64,000 bases of DNA from Candidatus Woesearchaeota archaeon (GTDB taxonomy: Archaea; Nanobdellota; Nanobdellia; Woesearchaeales; GW2011-AR4): assembly GCA_016180235.1 (NCBI GenBank), contig JACPBQ010000004.1, positions 371,352 through 435,351 of the forward strand, read 5' to 3'. The first letter of the stretch is position 1. The number at the start of each line of letters is the position of its first letter. The notes beneath the pieces are model-generated. The model ran no database searches, was not told the DNA's origin, and worked only from the letters and a program-made list of their open reading frames with translations. Shown here piece after piece: positions 27,983 through 37,634 of this stretch. The translations under genes were made by a program, and so were the position numbers.

Positions 27983-29815
27983 ATGTGTGGCATTGCGGGA
28001 TTTAACTGGGATGACAAGAAGCTGATAAATTCCATGCTGGACTCCCTGTCCAAAAGAGGGCCGGACGAATCCGGATTTTATATCGACCGCGGCATCAGCA
28101 TGGGAACCAGAAGGCTGAGCGTAATAGACCTCAGCAAGAAAGGAAAACAGCCGATTTCAAACGAGGACGGGACAAAATGGATAGCCTATAATGGCGAAAT
28201 CTATAATTTTAAGGAACTTAGGGATGAGCTGCAAAAAAAGGGCCATAAATTCACAAGCGGCACAGATACAGAGGTCATAATCCACTCTTATGAGGAATAC
28301 GGCAAAAGGTGCGTGGAAAAATTCAACGGGATGTTTGCTTTTGCCGTATGGGACACCAAAAAAAAGGAGCTTTTTATTGCGAGAGACAGGCTCGGAGTCA
28401 AGCCGCTTTTCTATTTCATGGATGGGAAGAAATTTGCCTTTGCCTCAGAGATAAAAGCCATACTTAAATACCATAAAAACCCTTCAATTGACGAAAAATC
28501 AATCTATTTCTACCTGAATTACGGCTACACGCCAAACAACAAGACCGTATTCACGAAAATCTTCAAACTTCCTGCAGGCTGCACTCTCACCTTTAAAAAT
28601 TCCGAATTTAAAATTGAAAAATACTGGAAAATTGATTTTTCCCGGAAGGAGGATGGGAGCGAGGATTATTTCATAAAAAAAATAAGGGAGCACATGGAGG
28701 AATCCGTCAAGATAAGGCTTATTGCGGATGTGCCTGTAGGGGCTTTTTTATCCGGTGGCTTGGACAGCAGCGCAATTGTGGCATATATCTCAAAACATAA
28801 AGACAATCTGAAAACATTTTCTGTGGGCTTTGAGCATGACAAGTTTGACGAGTCCAAATATGCCAAAATTGTCTCTGAAAAATTCGGGACAGAGCATCAT
28901 CAAATGCAGTTTACGCATGAAAATGTCATAAAACTGCTGCCAAAACTCGTTGATTATTATGACGAGCCTTTTGGAGACCCTTCCATGATGCCAACTTACC
29001 TGGTTTCAACAGTTGCAAGGAAGCACGTGACAGTATCATTGTCAGGAGACGGAGGAGATGAGTCATTTTTGGGCTATGACCGCTACAAGCAGTATAGGCT
29101 CATAAATCTCCAAAATCATGCACCTTTTCTCAGCAAAATCGCAAATCCTTTCATAAAATCCCTGTCTAAAATCACAAATCATAATTTAATCAAAAAAACC
29201 GGCAAGTATCTGGAGTTCAACAGGCTAAATGGCTATGAGCAGTACTCCGAGCTAAGGTCGGCTTTCGGCTCAGATGAAAGAAAAAACCTTTTCCTGAAAA
29301 ATCATGATTTTTCGCCTTATTTCAAGGAATTTTTTATTTTTAAAAACTATCTAGACAATATAAGCAATGCCGATATAAATACATACCTTCCCGATGACAT
29401 CCTGACCAAGCTTGACAGGTCAACCATGATGGTGAGCCTGGAAGGGAGGGTGCCGTTCCTGGACTACAAATTCATGGAGTTTTCCGCGAAAATACCGGCG
29501 AGGCTTAAGCTGAAAGGCATGGAAACAAAATATATATTAAAAAAGTCCCTTATCGGCATCCTGCCACGGGAAATAATCTACAGGAAAAAACAAGGGTTCT
29601 CTTTCCCGCTTGACTTATACATCAAGAACGAGCTGAAAGACCTGGTTAAAAACAATTTGTCTGAGAAAAGCAAACTGCATGAATATGTGGACAAGGGCCA
29701 TATAGAAAAACTGCTCAGGCTGCACTACAATAATGAAAAAAATTATGCCAACGGCCTATGGGCAATATTTATCCTGAAATTATGGCTGGATATGTATCTT
29801 AAAAAATACAATTAA
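27983..29815 (+). CDS. asnB: Asparagine synthase (glutamine-hydrolysing)-like amidotransferase, probably acting on glycan uronic acids
   Basis: N-terminal MCGIAG, RRLSVID, YNGEIYN, RDRLGVKPL, LSGGLDSS, SGDGGDE and RKKQGF. Confidence 0.93.
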   Translation: MCGIAGFNWDDKKLINSMLDSLSKRGPDESGFYIDRGISMGTRRLSVIDLSKKGKQPISNEDGTKWIAYNGEIYNFKELRDELQKKGHKFTSGTDTEVIIHSYEEYGKRCVEKFNGMFAFAVWDTKKKELFIARDRLGVKPLFYFMDGKKFAFASEIKAILKYHKNPSIDEKSIYFYLNYGYTPNNKTVFTKIFKLPAGCTLTFKNSEFKIEKYWKIDFSRKEDGSEDYFIKKIREHMEESVKIRLIADVPVGAFLSGGLDSSAIVAYISKHKDNLKTFSVGFEHDKFDESKYAKIVSEKFGTEHHQMQFTHENVIKLLPKLVDYYDEPFGDPSMMPTYLVSTVARKHVTVSLSGDGGDESFLGYDRYKQYRLINLQNHAPFLSKIANPFIKSLSKITNHNLIKKTGKYLEFNRLNGYEQYSELRSAFGSDERKNLFLKNHDFSPYFKEFFIFKNYLDNISNADINTYLPDDILTKLDRSTMMVSLEGRVPFLDYKFMEFSAKIPARLKLKGMETKYILKKSLIGILPREIIYRKKQGFSFPLDLYIKNELKDLVKNNLSEKSKLHEYVDKGHIEKLLRLHYNNEKNYANGLWAIFILKLWLDMYLKKYN

Positions 29816-30747
29816 CCCCTTTCAAAAAATATCTCAAAAGCCCCTTTTTTACCTGTGAGAAAATGAGCATCTTCCAGCATGTCATTTATTTTCATAAATG
29901 ATAAATCATACTCGCTTCTTTTTTTTACCTTCATCTCAGTCACTGTCAGGCACTTTATAACCAGGCTGGTTTCAAAACCATTATCCTTTAAGGTCTTCAA
30001 CAAAAACTTTGTCTGGCTCTTATTCATAATGTGCGGATGAAGCTCAATAAACAGCTTTAGCGGCTTTTTTTTCTTAAGGGTATTTTTCATGCCTTTTAAT
30101 ATCTGGAATTCATAGCCTTCAACATCCATCCTTATGAAATCCGGATATTTTCTATTTTTCAGGAAATTATCCAGTGTGACAACCTTAACATCCAATTTCC
30201 CTATGACATTCCTCTGATGCAGGAACGAATGCCAGTTTGAATACGAAGTTATATTCATCTTGGCAGTCTTATTCTTTTCGCCTATCCCCATCTGGAATAC
30301 CTCTATGTTGGAGTAATCATTCAATCCAATATTCTTTTTTAAAGAAGCAATATTGTCAGGCACAGGCTCAATCGCATAAACCCTGCCTTTTTTTCCAACA
30401 AGCTGCGATTCCATGAGGGCATAGTATCCTATATTTGCCCCAATATCCACAACAGTACCCCTCTCTTTTATTATCTTTTTTATGATTTTAGTGGATTCCG
30501 GCTCCCTTATCCCATCCAGAGCAAGGTCTTTTGATATGCCTCTGTCCTTAAGGTTAAGGTACATTTTGCTTCCCTGCACATTTCTGATTATTATGCTGTT
30601 TTTTGCCTTTATTTTTAAGAGAAGAAATTTAATGTGCCTTATACCCAAAATAAGCCGGAATGCTAGGAATTTAATAACTCTTACAATAAAGTAAAATGCG
30701 CTTTTTCCACTACCCTGCATCTGATTTTTTTTATGTTCTTCAGCCAT
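29812..30747 (-). CDS. FkbM-family methyltransferase
   Basis: VVDIGANIGYYAL, VYAIEP, TLD and FIRMDVEGYE. Confidence 0.92.
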   Translation of the reverse strand: MAEEHKKNQMQGSGKSAFYFIVRVIKFLAFRLILGIRHIKFLLLKIKAKNSIIIRNVQGSKMYLNLKDRGISKDLALDGIREPESTKIIKKIIKERGTVVDIGANIGYYALMESQLVGKKGRVYAIEPVPDNIASLKKNIGLNDYSNIEVFQMGIGEKNKTAKMNITSYSNWHSFLHQRNVIGKLDVKVVTLDNFLKNRKYPDFIRMDVEGYEFQILKGMKNTLKKKKPLKLFIELHPHIMNKSQTKFLLKTLKDNGFETSLVIKCLTVTEMKVKKRSEYDLSFMKINDMLEDAHFLTGKKGAFEIFFERG

Positions 30748-30864
30748 TTTATTACTCTATTAATTTAGCATAATCCTTATCATGAAACCAAAAATCCGGA
30801 TATTATTTTATTATTTAAGGCTTTCCAAATTGTTATGTAAGGGCAAAAAGCAAAATTAAGAAGC

Positions 30865-30892
30865 AATTATCGCAGCTTATTTGCGCATAATT
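30865..30892. repeat. Inverted repeat between the divergent FkbM and sulfatase-like genes
   Basis: aattat-cgca-gcttatt-tgcg-c-ataatt. Confidence 0.4.
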
Positions 30893-30945
30893 CCAAACAA
30901 AAAGGTATATAAATTAACGACTGTTCTTTTTATTTGAAGGCAAAA

Positions 30946-32307
30946 ATGAATGTCATTCTTATTGTAGTAGATGCATTGCGCTTTGACCATCTGGGCATAG
31001 GCGGCTATGGCAGGGATACAAGCCCGAATATAGACAAGCTTGCCAAAAAAGGCACAATATTCCCAAATGCCTACTGCCCCTTGCCAAGGACAGACCCTTC
31101 AATGATGTCTATTTTTACCGGCATGTACCCCCATAACCACGGGATAAGGCTGGTAGCCAACAACAAGGCTGATGCTTCTTTGGCAACTTTAGCTGAAACA
31201 CTCAAAAACCATGCATATAAAACGGCATTCATAGGCGGATTTGGAGTGCATGACCACGCTTTAGAGAAAGGATTTGATGATTTTAACCTGATGGGATGGA
31301 AAATAAGATCTAAAATCAAGAGAACCATTTTCAAGGCATATAACCCATCGAATTATTACGGAGAGGCAAGGCAATACACCGATATAGCGGTAAACTGGAT
31401 CAGGAAGAATTCCAAAAACAAGTTCTTTTTATGCGTCCACTACGAGGATCTGCATTGGCCTTATGAGGCCCCAAAGCCTTTTGAGCATATGTTTGATCCC
31501 GAATACGGGGGAAACCATGATTTTAACACAGTAAATCATGGAAAATTCTCAAGAGGAGAGCTTATTTTCGGCAAGGCAAAACTGCCGAAGGAAGAAATAG
31601 AGCACGCGATTGCACATTATGACGGCGGCATAAGATACATAGATGCTCAAATTCACAGGCTGCTGGGCTGCGTTGAAAGCCATGGGCTTGACGATGATAC
31701 GCTAATAATACTGACTGCCGACCATGGCGAAAATTTCGGCGAGCATAATTTTTATTTCCAGCACGGAGCAAGCCTTTACGAGCCCAGCCTGAAAGTTCCT
31801 ATGATATTAAACCATTCCAAATCAATCCCCCGAGGAAAAATAATAAGCCAAAGGGTCCGGAATTTTGACATAATGCCCACTGTACTTGATATTCTTGGAA
31901 TACCGATCCTTGATAAGATTGACGGAGCAAGCCTTTTGCCCTTGATAAAAGGCGAGGGCAAAAAAACCCTGAATTTCATTTTTGCCGAAAGCATTGAAGA
32001 GCATTTTAAAGGGAATGAAAGGGTATTTTTTCCAGGCATTAAGGGCAAATGGAGGGCCATGATAGAAGGGGACTGGAAAATCATTTACATACCGCATCCG
32101 AAAAATGATATCTTTGAATTATACAACCTTAGAGAGGACCCTCAGGAAAAAAATGACCTTATAGGCAAAGAAAAAGAAATCGCTTCAAAAATGAAAGAAA
32201 AGATCCTGGATTTTTTAAAGCCACAAAGTAATGAAGGAGATGCAAATATCACAAACCTTGCTGAAAAATCAAAAAAACTGCTGAGAAAGATCGGCTATTT
32301 GGAATAG
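30946..32307 (+). CDS. Sulfatase-like hydrolase/transferase (alkaline phosphatase superfamily), Thr at the nucleophile position
   Basis: VILIVVDALRFD, PRTDPSMMSIFTG in place of CxPxR, HWPY, YDGGIRYID, TADHGE and ELYNL.EDP.E; no signal peptide or TM. Confidence 0.88.
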   Translation: MNVILIVVDALRFDHLGIGGYGRDTSPNIDKLAKKGTIFPNAYCPLPRTDPSMMSIFTGMYPHNHGIRLVANNKADASLATLAETLKNHAYKTAFIGGFGVHDHALEKGFDDFNLMGWKIRSKIKRTIFKAYNPSNYYGEARQYTDIAVNWIRKNSKNKFFLCVHYEDLHWPYEAPKPFEHMFDPEYGGNHDFNTVNHGKFSRGELIFGKAKLPKEEIEHAIAHYDGGIRYIDAQIHRLLGCVESHGLDDDTLIILTADHGENFGEHNFYFQHGASLYEPSLKVPMILNHSKSIPRGKIISQRVRNFDIMPTVLDILGIPILDKIDGASLLPLIKGEGKKTLNFIFAESIEEHFKGNERVFFPGIKGKWRAMIEGDWKIIYIPHPKNDIFELYNLREDPQEKNDLIGKEKEIASKMKEKILDFLKPQSNEGDANITNLAEKSKKLLRKIGYLE

Positions 32308-32310
32308 AAA

Positions 32311-33432
32311 ATGATTAACCTGTTCAGGAAAAAAAAGCCAAACGTAATTATGATAATGATAGACGGCCTTAGGCATGATGCCCTTAGCATGGTTCCTTAT
32401 TACAACGAGCTGAAAAAGGAAGCAACGTTCTTTTCCAGGCTGATTACTTATGCTCCATATACTATAGGCTCATTGCATGCACTATTCTCAGGCATGAACG
32501 GCAACCAGAATGGCGTTAACGGCTATTACAGGAGCTACAGCTTCGACAAGAAAAACTGCTTTACGCTGGCGCAGTACATGAAAGAACAAGGATACTACAC
32601 AGAATGCGACCTTATCTACGAGAGCATAATTCCCACACAGGGGTTTGAAAAGGTGAGAACGCATGACGAGTTCAAAGACGACCTAACCAAAAAGCACTCA
32701 GAGATCCTGAACCAAATAAAAAACAAAAAGCCATTCTTTCTTTTTCTGGATTACAGCAAAATACACACAAACCTCGTGAGCAATGTAATCAAAAAATATT
32801 CCGATTTTGACAGGGAATACTTCAATAATAAGGATAATAATTTTAAGAATTACCTGGAGTGGGCAAAGGCAAGCGCAGACTACCTCAAATCTATTATTGA
32901 AAAAATAAAAGATGCCAAATTATGGGATGATTCGATAATTCTTGTATTCACAGACCATGGCGGCAGCACCGGAGACAAAGTCGGGGAGAGGGCATACGGA
33001 GTCTACCTTTATGAATACACATTGAGGTGCTTCTTATACATCATAGGGAAGGATTTTCCCAAAAACCTGCAGATAGATCATATTGCCCAAAGCATTGACA
33101 TCCTGCCAACAATAATGGATATTTTCAGCGTGAAGGAGAAAGACGGCTATAAAAAAATTCAGGGAAAATCATTCCTGCCCTTCATTAAGGGAAAGCATGA
33201 TGGCAGGATTGCCTATTCCGAGACCGGAGGCTTGGGAGGGCCAACGCCATCTCCGGAAAAACACAATCTAAAATGCGTCCGGAATGACAGATGGAAGCTG
33301 ATTTATAACGAAAGCAGCAAAAAAAAAGAACTTTATGACCTGGAAGCGGATCCTGAAGAGAAAGACAATCTGGCCGGCAAGGGACTGGCAGAAGAAAAGG
33401 AGCTCTGGGAAGAGCTGCAAAAATACAATTAG
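32311..33432 (+). CDS. Second sulfatase-like hydrolase/transferase, Thr at the nucleophile position
   Basis: PNVIMIMIDGLRHD, APYTIGSLHALFSG, FTDHG, SIDILPT and ELYDL..DPEE. Confidence 0.82.
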   Translation: MINLFRKKKPNVIMIMIDGLRHDALSMVPYYNELKKEATFFSRLITYAPYTIGSLHALFSGMNGNQNGVNGYYRSYSFDKKNCFTLAQYMKEQGYYTECDLIYESIIPTQGFEKVRTHDEFKDDLTKKHSEILNQIKNKKPFFLFLDYSKIHTNLVSNVIKKYSDFDREYFNNKDNNFKNYLEWAKASADYLKSIIEKIKDAKLWDDSIILVFTDHGGSTGDKVGERAYGVYLYEYTLRCFLYIIGKDFPKNLQIDHIAQSIDILPTIMDIFSVKEKDGYKKIQGKSFLPFIKGKHDGRIAYSETGGLGGPTPSPEKHNLKCVRNDRWKLIYNESSKKKELYDLEADPEEKDNLAGKGLAEEKELWEELQKYN

Positions 33433-33482
33433 GCTTTTTTCTTAAATACCGGAAATGCAGCACATAGCCTAATTCCGAAAGA

Positions 33483-33509
33483 TTTAAAAAGCCACTAGTA
33501 ACACTAGTA
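33483..33509 (+). promoter_or_regulatory. TATA box plus tandem CACTAGTA boxes (candidate operator) of the phosphonate operon
   Basis: tttaaaaa starts 30 nt before ATG 33513; cactagta at 33493-33500 and 33502-33509, each with the palindromic ACTAGT core. Confidence 0.55.
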
Positions 33510-33512
33510 GAT

Positions 33513-34061
33513 ATGAAGAAACCAGTGTGGGCAAACAAATCCAATGGGCAGCTATGCGTGACTATACCCAAAGGCTCAGGGATAAAAGAAGGGGACATAG
33601 TCAATGTGGAAAAGGAGAAAATCAACACTATTGTCTACAGCTCTGTTACAGGCGACATGTTCCACTACGGGCACCTCAGGCTGCTCCAGAAAGCGAATGA
33701 GCTTGGAGATTTTCATATATGCGGGGTTGTTACCGATGAAGCGATAAGATCCTACAAAGAAGAGCCTATAGCAGGCCTAAAAGAAAGAAAAACAATCATC
33801 TCGGACCTCAGATGCGTGGACATGGTCATGGTGCAGGGCAATTTAGACCCGACAGAAAACCTGCAAAAAATACATGCGCAGTTCCCTTATGCAAAAATAA
33901 TCCTTGTATACGGCTCAAACTGGAAAAAGGTGCCTGGGGCAGATTATATGAAGAAAATTAACGGCAAAATAATGCAGCCGGAATTTTACGGGAAATTATC
34001 GACAGAGAACATCATCAGGAAAATCTTCAGAATCTACAGGAATGGAGCTGGCATCAAATGA
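33513..34061 (+). CDS. Cytidylyltransferase (HxGH family) with an N-terminal AbrB/MazE-like domain
   Basis: Residues 1-35 contain GQLCVTIPK..GIKEGD.V.V; then GDMFHYGH, GVVTD and VYGSNW. Confidence 0.8.
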   Translation: MKKPVWANKSNGQLCVTIPKGSGIKEGDIVNVEKEKINTIVYSSVTGDMFHYGHLRLLQKANELGDFHICGVVTDEAIRSYKEEPIAGLKERKTIISDLRCVDMVMVQGNLDPTENLQKIHAQFPYAKIILVYGSNWKKVPGADYMKKINGKIMQPEFYGKLSTENIIRKIFRIYRNGAGIK

Positions 34062-35359
34062 AAAAAGTTTATGTGGGAATGAGCACTGACGTAGTGCATC
34101 ACGGCCATATAAAAATAATAGAGGAAGCGAGAAAGCTTGGCGAAGTGACAGTAGGATTGCTGACAGACAATGCCATTGCGAATTATAAAAGGATTCCGCT
34201 GCTGTCATATGAACAGAGGAAAAAAATAATAGAGAACATAAAAGGAGTAAAAGAAGTGATCCCTCAGGAAACGCTCGATTATGGGCCAAATCTTATAATG
34301 CTAAAACCGGACTATGTAGTCCATGGCACTGACTGGCGCGAAGGCGTGCAGAAAAAGGCGAGGGAAGGAGTTATTGAAACGCTTAAGGGATGGGGAGGCT
34401 TGCTTGTAGAGCCCGAGTACACCAAAGATATTTCTGCAACCCAATTGGCCAATGCAATCAATAAGATAGGGACTACGCCTGAAATCAGGCTGAAAAAACT
34501 GAGGAGACTTTTAGAGCTTAAGCCGATAGTCAGGATTATGGAAGTGCATAACGGCCTTACAGGAAGGATTGTAGAAACGACAAGAATTGCTGAGGAAGGA
34601 AATGTAAAGGAATTCGACGGCATGTGGGAAAGCAGCCTTACCGATTCAACATCAAAAGGAAAGCCGGACATAGAGCTCGTTGATTTTACTTCCAGGCTGC
34701 AGACAATAGACCAGATTTTTGAGGTCACGACCAAGCCCATGATTGTTGACGGCGACACCGGGGGCTTAGTGGAGCATTTTGTCTATACTGTAAAGACGCT
34801 TGAAAGGCTCGGGGTATCTGCAGTCATAATAGAGGACAAGACAGGGCTGAAGAAAAACTCGCTTTTCGGCACCGAAGTAAAACAGGAGCAGGAAGCCATA
34901 GAAAATTTCTCGCATAAAATATCCGAGGGGAAAAAAGCCCAGGTTACGGAAGATTTCATGATAATAGCAAGGATAGAGAGCCTGATACTGAACAAAGGCG
35001 TTGAAGATGCCCTTAAAAGGGCAAGAGCCTATATTGAAGCCGGAGCAGACGGCATAATGATACACAGCAAGGAAAAAGACCCAAAAGAAGTCCTTGATTT
35101 CTGCAGGGAATACTCTAAATTTGAAGACAAAGTGCCCCTGGTGGCTGTTCCCAGCTCATATAATTCCATTACAGAGGACGAATTAGCCAATGCAGGCGTA
35201 AAAATAGTGATATACGCGAATCATCTTTTGAGGAGCGCGTATCCTGCCATGATAAAGGCAGCAGAATCCATATTGAGGAACGGAAGGTGCAAGGAAGCAT
35301 CGGAAGAACACTGCATGCCCATAAATGAAATCCTGAACCTGATTCCGGGAGGCAAATAA
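34058..35359 (+). CDS. aepX: Phosphoenolpyruvate mutase with an N-terminal cytidylyltransferase domain
   Basis: HHGH NTase domain; EVHNGLTG, WESSLTDS, DGDTGG and the PepM signature EDKTGLKKNS. Confidence 0.96.
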   Translation: MKKVYVGMSTDVVHHGHIKIIEEARKLGEVTVGLLTDNAIANYKRIPLLSYEQRKKIIENIKGVKEVIPQETLDYGPNLIMLKPDYVVHGTDWREGVQKKAREGVIETLKGWGGLLVEPEYTKDISATQLANAINKIGTTPEIRLKKLRRLLELKPIVRIMEVHNGLTGRIVETTRIAEEGNVKEFDGMWESSLTDSTSKGKPDIELVDFTSRLQTIDQIFEVTTKPMIVDGDTGGLVEHFVYTVKTLERLGVSAVIIEDKTGLKKNSLFGTEVKQEQEAIENFSHKISEGKKAQVTEDFMIIARIESLILNKGVEDALKRARAYIEAGADGIMIHSKEKDPKEVLDFCREYSKFEDKVPLVAVPSSYNSITEDELANAGVKIVIYANHLLRSAYPAMIKAAESILRNGRCKEASEEHCMPINEILNLIPGGK

Positions 35360-35374
35360 AATCCCTGATCAAAA

Positions 35375-36493
35375 ATGATACCATGCAAGAAATTCTATAA
35401 TGCCCTGATCCGCAACGGAATAGGCTTTTTTACCGGCGTTCCAGACTCTTTGCTGAAAGATTTCTGCGCTTACGTGACTGACAACACTCCAGAGGAAAAA
35501 AACATAATTGCAGCAAATGAGGGCAATGCAGTTGCGCTGGCTTCAGGCTATCATCTCGCAACCGGAAAAGCAGGGTTAGTGTACATGCAGAATTCCGGAT
35601 TTGGAAATACAGTAAATCCTTTAACTTCTTTGGCAGACGAGGAAGTCTATTCCATCCCGATGCTCCTGCTGATCGGATGGAGGGGAGGGCCAACTGCCAA
35701 GGATGAGCCACAGCACAAAAAAATGGGCAAAATCACACTAGAACTTTTGCAGACACTGGAAATACCCTATGAAATACTCGGTGAAAATTACGCAGAAACG
35801 ATAAAAAATGCAGCGGCCCATATGAAAAGCAGAAAATCGCCTTATGCGATTGTTGTCAAAAATGACACATTCGAAAAATATGAATTAAGGAGCAAAAAAG
35901 AGACTAATTACGGGTTAAACAGGGAAGATGCAATAAATCTCATTGTCCCTTTGCTTGACGAGAATGGCATAATTGTATCAACAACCGGAATGACCTCAAG
36001 GGAATTGTTCGAGATAAGGGAAGCAGGCAAGGAAGGCCATGAAAAGGATTTCCTCACAGTGGGATGCATGGGTCATTCCTCATCGATTGCTCTGACACTT
36101 GCAGCGGAAAAGCCCGGAAATGATGTCTATTGCCTTGACGGCGACGGGGCCTTAATAATGCACATGGGAGCTTTGGCTATAATAGGGCAGCTGAAGCCGA
36201 AGAACTTCAAGCACATTGTTTTCAATAATTTTGCCCACGATTCCGTCGGAGGGCAGCCAACCGCAGCCTATAATATCAATATTCCGGCAATTGCGAAAGC
36301 CAACGGCTACACAGACGCATTTTCCGCAGAAACCAGAGAGGATATAATAAGCAAGATAGAAGATATGAAGGAAATGGATGGGCCAGTTTTGCTTGAAATC
36401 AAAGTGAACAAAGGCGCAAGAAAAAACCTTGGAAGGCCTACAACAACGCCAATCCAGAATAAGGAAGCTTTTATGGGGTTTTTGAAAGGATAA
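35375..36493 (+). CDS. aepY: Phosphonopyruvate decarboxylase
   Basis: FTGVPDSLLK, ANEGNAVALASG, YMQNSGFGN.VNP, DEPQH, VG.MGH.SS and LDGDGA. Confidence 0.95.
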   Translation: MIPCKKFYNALIRNGIGFFTGVPDSLLKDFCAYVTDNTPEEKNIIAANEGNAVALASGYHLATGKAGLVYMQNSGFGNTVNPLTSLADEEVYSIPMLLLIGWRGGPTAKDEPQHKKMGKITLELLQTLEIPYEILGENYAETIKNAAAHMKSRKSPYAIVVKNDTFEKYELRSKKETNYGLNREDAINLIVPLLDENGIIVSTTGMTSRELFEIREAGKEGHEKDFLTVGCMGHSSSIALTLAAEKPGNDVYCLDGDGALIMHMGALAIIGQLKPKNFKHIVFNNFAHDSVGGQPTAAYNINIPAIAKANGYTDAFSAETREDIISKIEDMKEMDGPVLLEIKVNKGARKNLGRPTTTPIQNKEAFMGFLKG

Positions 36494-36494
36494 A

Positions 36495-37634
36495 ATGCCG
36501 CAGCAAGAATATTTAGGCTATAATTCGATAGAAAACTTAAGAAATATTTTATCTAAGCACATCCCTAAATCCATTTTTTTAGTTACCCATAAAGATTCTT
36601 ATGAGAGATGCGGGGCAAAATCAATAATAGACAGTTTTCTGAATAGCAGCAATCTAGCCCATTTTAATGATTTTGAGATAAACCCAAAAATAGAAGACAT
36701 TGAAAGAGGAATCAACATTTTTAAAAAGAACAATTGTGATTTTGTAATTGCCGTTGGGGGAGGCAGCGCCATGGACACTGCTAAATCAATAAATCTTTTT
36801 GCCAATAATCCCGGCAATCCAATGGACTATATCCAAAAAAAGCAAATTATAGAAAATAAAGGCAAAACTTTAGCCGCTATACCGACAACTTCCGGTTCCG
36901 GGAGCGAAGCAACGAAGTTTGCAGTCATTTACACTGAAAAAATAAAGCAGTCTTTGGAGCACGAATTCATGCTTCCTGATTACGCAATTGTCGATCCGCA
37001 GTTTACAATGAGCCTGCCAAAGTATGTCACTGCATGCAGCGGCATGGATGCCTTATCGCAAGGTATAGAATCCTATTGGTGTGTCAATTCAAATGAAGAA
37101 TCAAAAAAATACGCAAAAGAGGCAATCAAGCTCGTAATTAAAAATCTTTCTGCTGCTGTAAACAATCCCTCTAAAGAGTCAAGGGAGGCAATGTCAAAAG
37201 CAGCTCATTTGGCAGGAAAAGCCATCAATATATCAAAAACAACAGCCTGCCACGCAGTCTCTTACCCAATCACCTCTTATTTCAATCTTCCCCATGGGCA
37301 TGCAGTGGCATTGACCTTGCCATCAATGCTGATATATAACTCTAAAGTCGATGAAAACAGCTTATTGGACAAAAGAGGCATAATTTATGTCAAAAAAACC
37401 ATTAATGAAATCATAAAATTCATTGATGCTAAAAGTGCTGATGATGCGGGCAAAAAATTGCAAAATTTGATGATTGGCATAGGATTAAGCACTCAACTGG
37501 GCCAATTAGGAATAAAAACCGAAGACGATGTCAAATTGATAATCCAGCGGGGCTTTAACCCGCAAAGGGTCAACAATAACCCAAGAAGATTAACTGAAGA
37601 GGCTTTGAAAGAAATTCTGGAAAAAATAAGATGA
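36495..37634 (+). CDS. Phosphonoacetaldehyde reductase (iron-containing alcohol dehydrogenase)
   Basis: AVGGGSAMD.AK, PTTSGSGSEAT, DALSQ.IES and HAVSY...HGH; directly after aepY. Confidence 0.88.
   Translation: MPQQEYLGYNSIENLRNILSKHIPKSIFLVTHKDSYERCGAKSIIDSFLNSSNLAHFNDFEINPKIEDIERGINIFKKNNCDFVIAVGGGSAMDTAKSINLFANNPGNPMDYIQKKQIIENKGKTLAAIPTTSGSGSEATKFAVIYTEKIKQSLEHEFMLPDYAIVDPQFTMSLPKYVTACSGMDALSQGIESYWCVNSNEESKKYAKEAIKLVIKNLSAAVNNPSKESREAMSKAAHLAGKAINISKTTACHAVSYPITSYFNLPHGHAVALTLPSMLIYNSKVDENSLLDKRGIIYVKKTINEIIKFIDAKSADDAGKKLQNLMIGIGLSTQLGQLGIKTEDDVKLIIQRGFNPQRVNNNPRRLTEEALKEILEKIR

Noticed and set aside
31069-31110. CPLPR in the first sulfatase-like protein as a formylglycine (CxPxR) motif
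   Set aside because: The spacing is wrong. Alignment to the xPSxxSxxTG core puts Thr, not this Cys, at the nucleophile position, and no FGE or anSME-type partner is adjacent.
33427-33474. 9-bp inverted repeat aattaggct/agcctaatt after the second sulfatase-like gene
   Set aside because: It is short with a 30-nt spacer and has no match to the other repeat families; it may be part of a terminator but cannot be supported further.
36495-37634. Fe-ADH as a recent low-GC replacement of an AEP transaminase
   Set aside because: Sample lines ranged from about 23% to 47% GC, so the signal is not consistent by eye; it needs a computed codon-usage test.
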